Origin: an uncultured bacterium
GTDB lineage: Bacteria > Lernaellota > Lernaellaia > Lernaellales > Lernaellaceae
Reading direction: 5' to 3'
DNA length: 19,269 nucleotides
Assembly (NCBI GenBank): GCA_964534375.1
Contig: CAZHPN010000123.1
Span: 1 to 19,269 of the forward strand
Position numbers and translations under genes: made by a program. Shown one piece after another: positions 19,067 through 19,269 of this stretch. The notes under the pieces were generated by a model that saw only the letters and a list, made by a program, of their open reading frames with translations, was not told where the DNA came from and searched no databases. Each line of letters opens with the position of its first letter. The first letter of the stretch is position 1.

Positions 19067-19269
19067 ATGTCAATATATGTGCGATGGATGCAGTTCGTGA
19101 TCGGCGTTGGTTGCCTCGTGGCGTTGTTCCTCGGTTGCACCGTCAAACTCGACCTTCCGGGATCGCATACGAACTCGACAGCGCAACACGACGATGGGGA
19201 CGACGACGACGACGACGACGACGACGACAATGACGACAACGACAACGACGACAACGACGATTTTCTCGA
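19067..19269 (+). CDS. Partial lipoprotein with Asp-rich linker (runs off the window; absent from the ORF track)
   Basis: GGGAGG RBS, ATG 19067, MSIYVRWMQFVIGVGCLVALFLG-C (Cys24 at 19136), then TVKLDLPGSHTNSTAQHDDGDDDD...NDDNDNDD; no stop before the window end. Confidence 0.78.
   Translation, partial: MSIYVRWMQFVIGVGCLVALFLGCTVKLDLPGSHTNSTAQHDDGDDDDDDDDDDNDDNDNDDNDDFL

Overview
GC-rich bacterial DNA. The myxobacterial-type Cys repeats and Asp-rich surface proteins suggest a Myxococcota/'deltaproteobacterial'-like lineage (inference only). From left to right: a small CxxC zinc-finger ORF; a broken PAS-sensor gene fused to the 3' remnant of a group II intron (RT C-terminal peptide plus domains V and VI); an enoyl-CoA hydratase/isomerase; an MFS transporter divergent from thyX; and three co-oriented exported proteins, namely a DUF1566/Lcl lipoprotein with an Asp-rich N-terminal linker and two Sec-exported proteins with 10-Cys repeats. 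Both Cys-repeat proteins end in an Asp-rich linker followed by SSSGGCGC-stop. Further right: an intrinsic terminator; a sigma54-type promoter ahead of a 61-codon ORF; a membrane-anchored HSL-type esterase divergent from a coupled acyltransferase-3 plus GT-C-like pair; a 7TM-DISM/3xPAS hybrid histidine kinase with a single-domain response regulator; and the start of another Asp-linker lipoprotein. Several intergenic regions carry 9-bp-periodic inverted-repeat elements. The most novel-looking signal is the conserved acidic-linker plus GGCGC C-terminus with no transmembrane helix. It mirrors the lipoprotein N-termini (Cys-Gly...GGSSSS-acidic linker) and may be an undescribed C-terminal Cys anchoring/sorting system.
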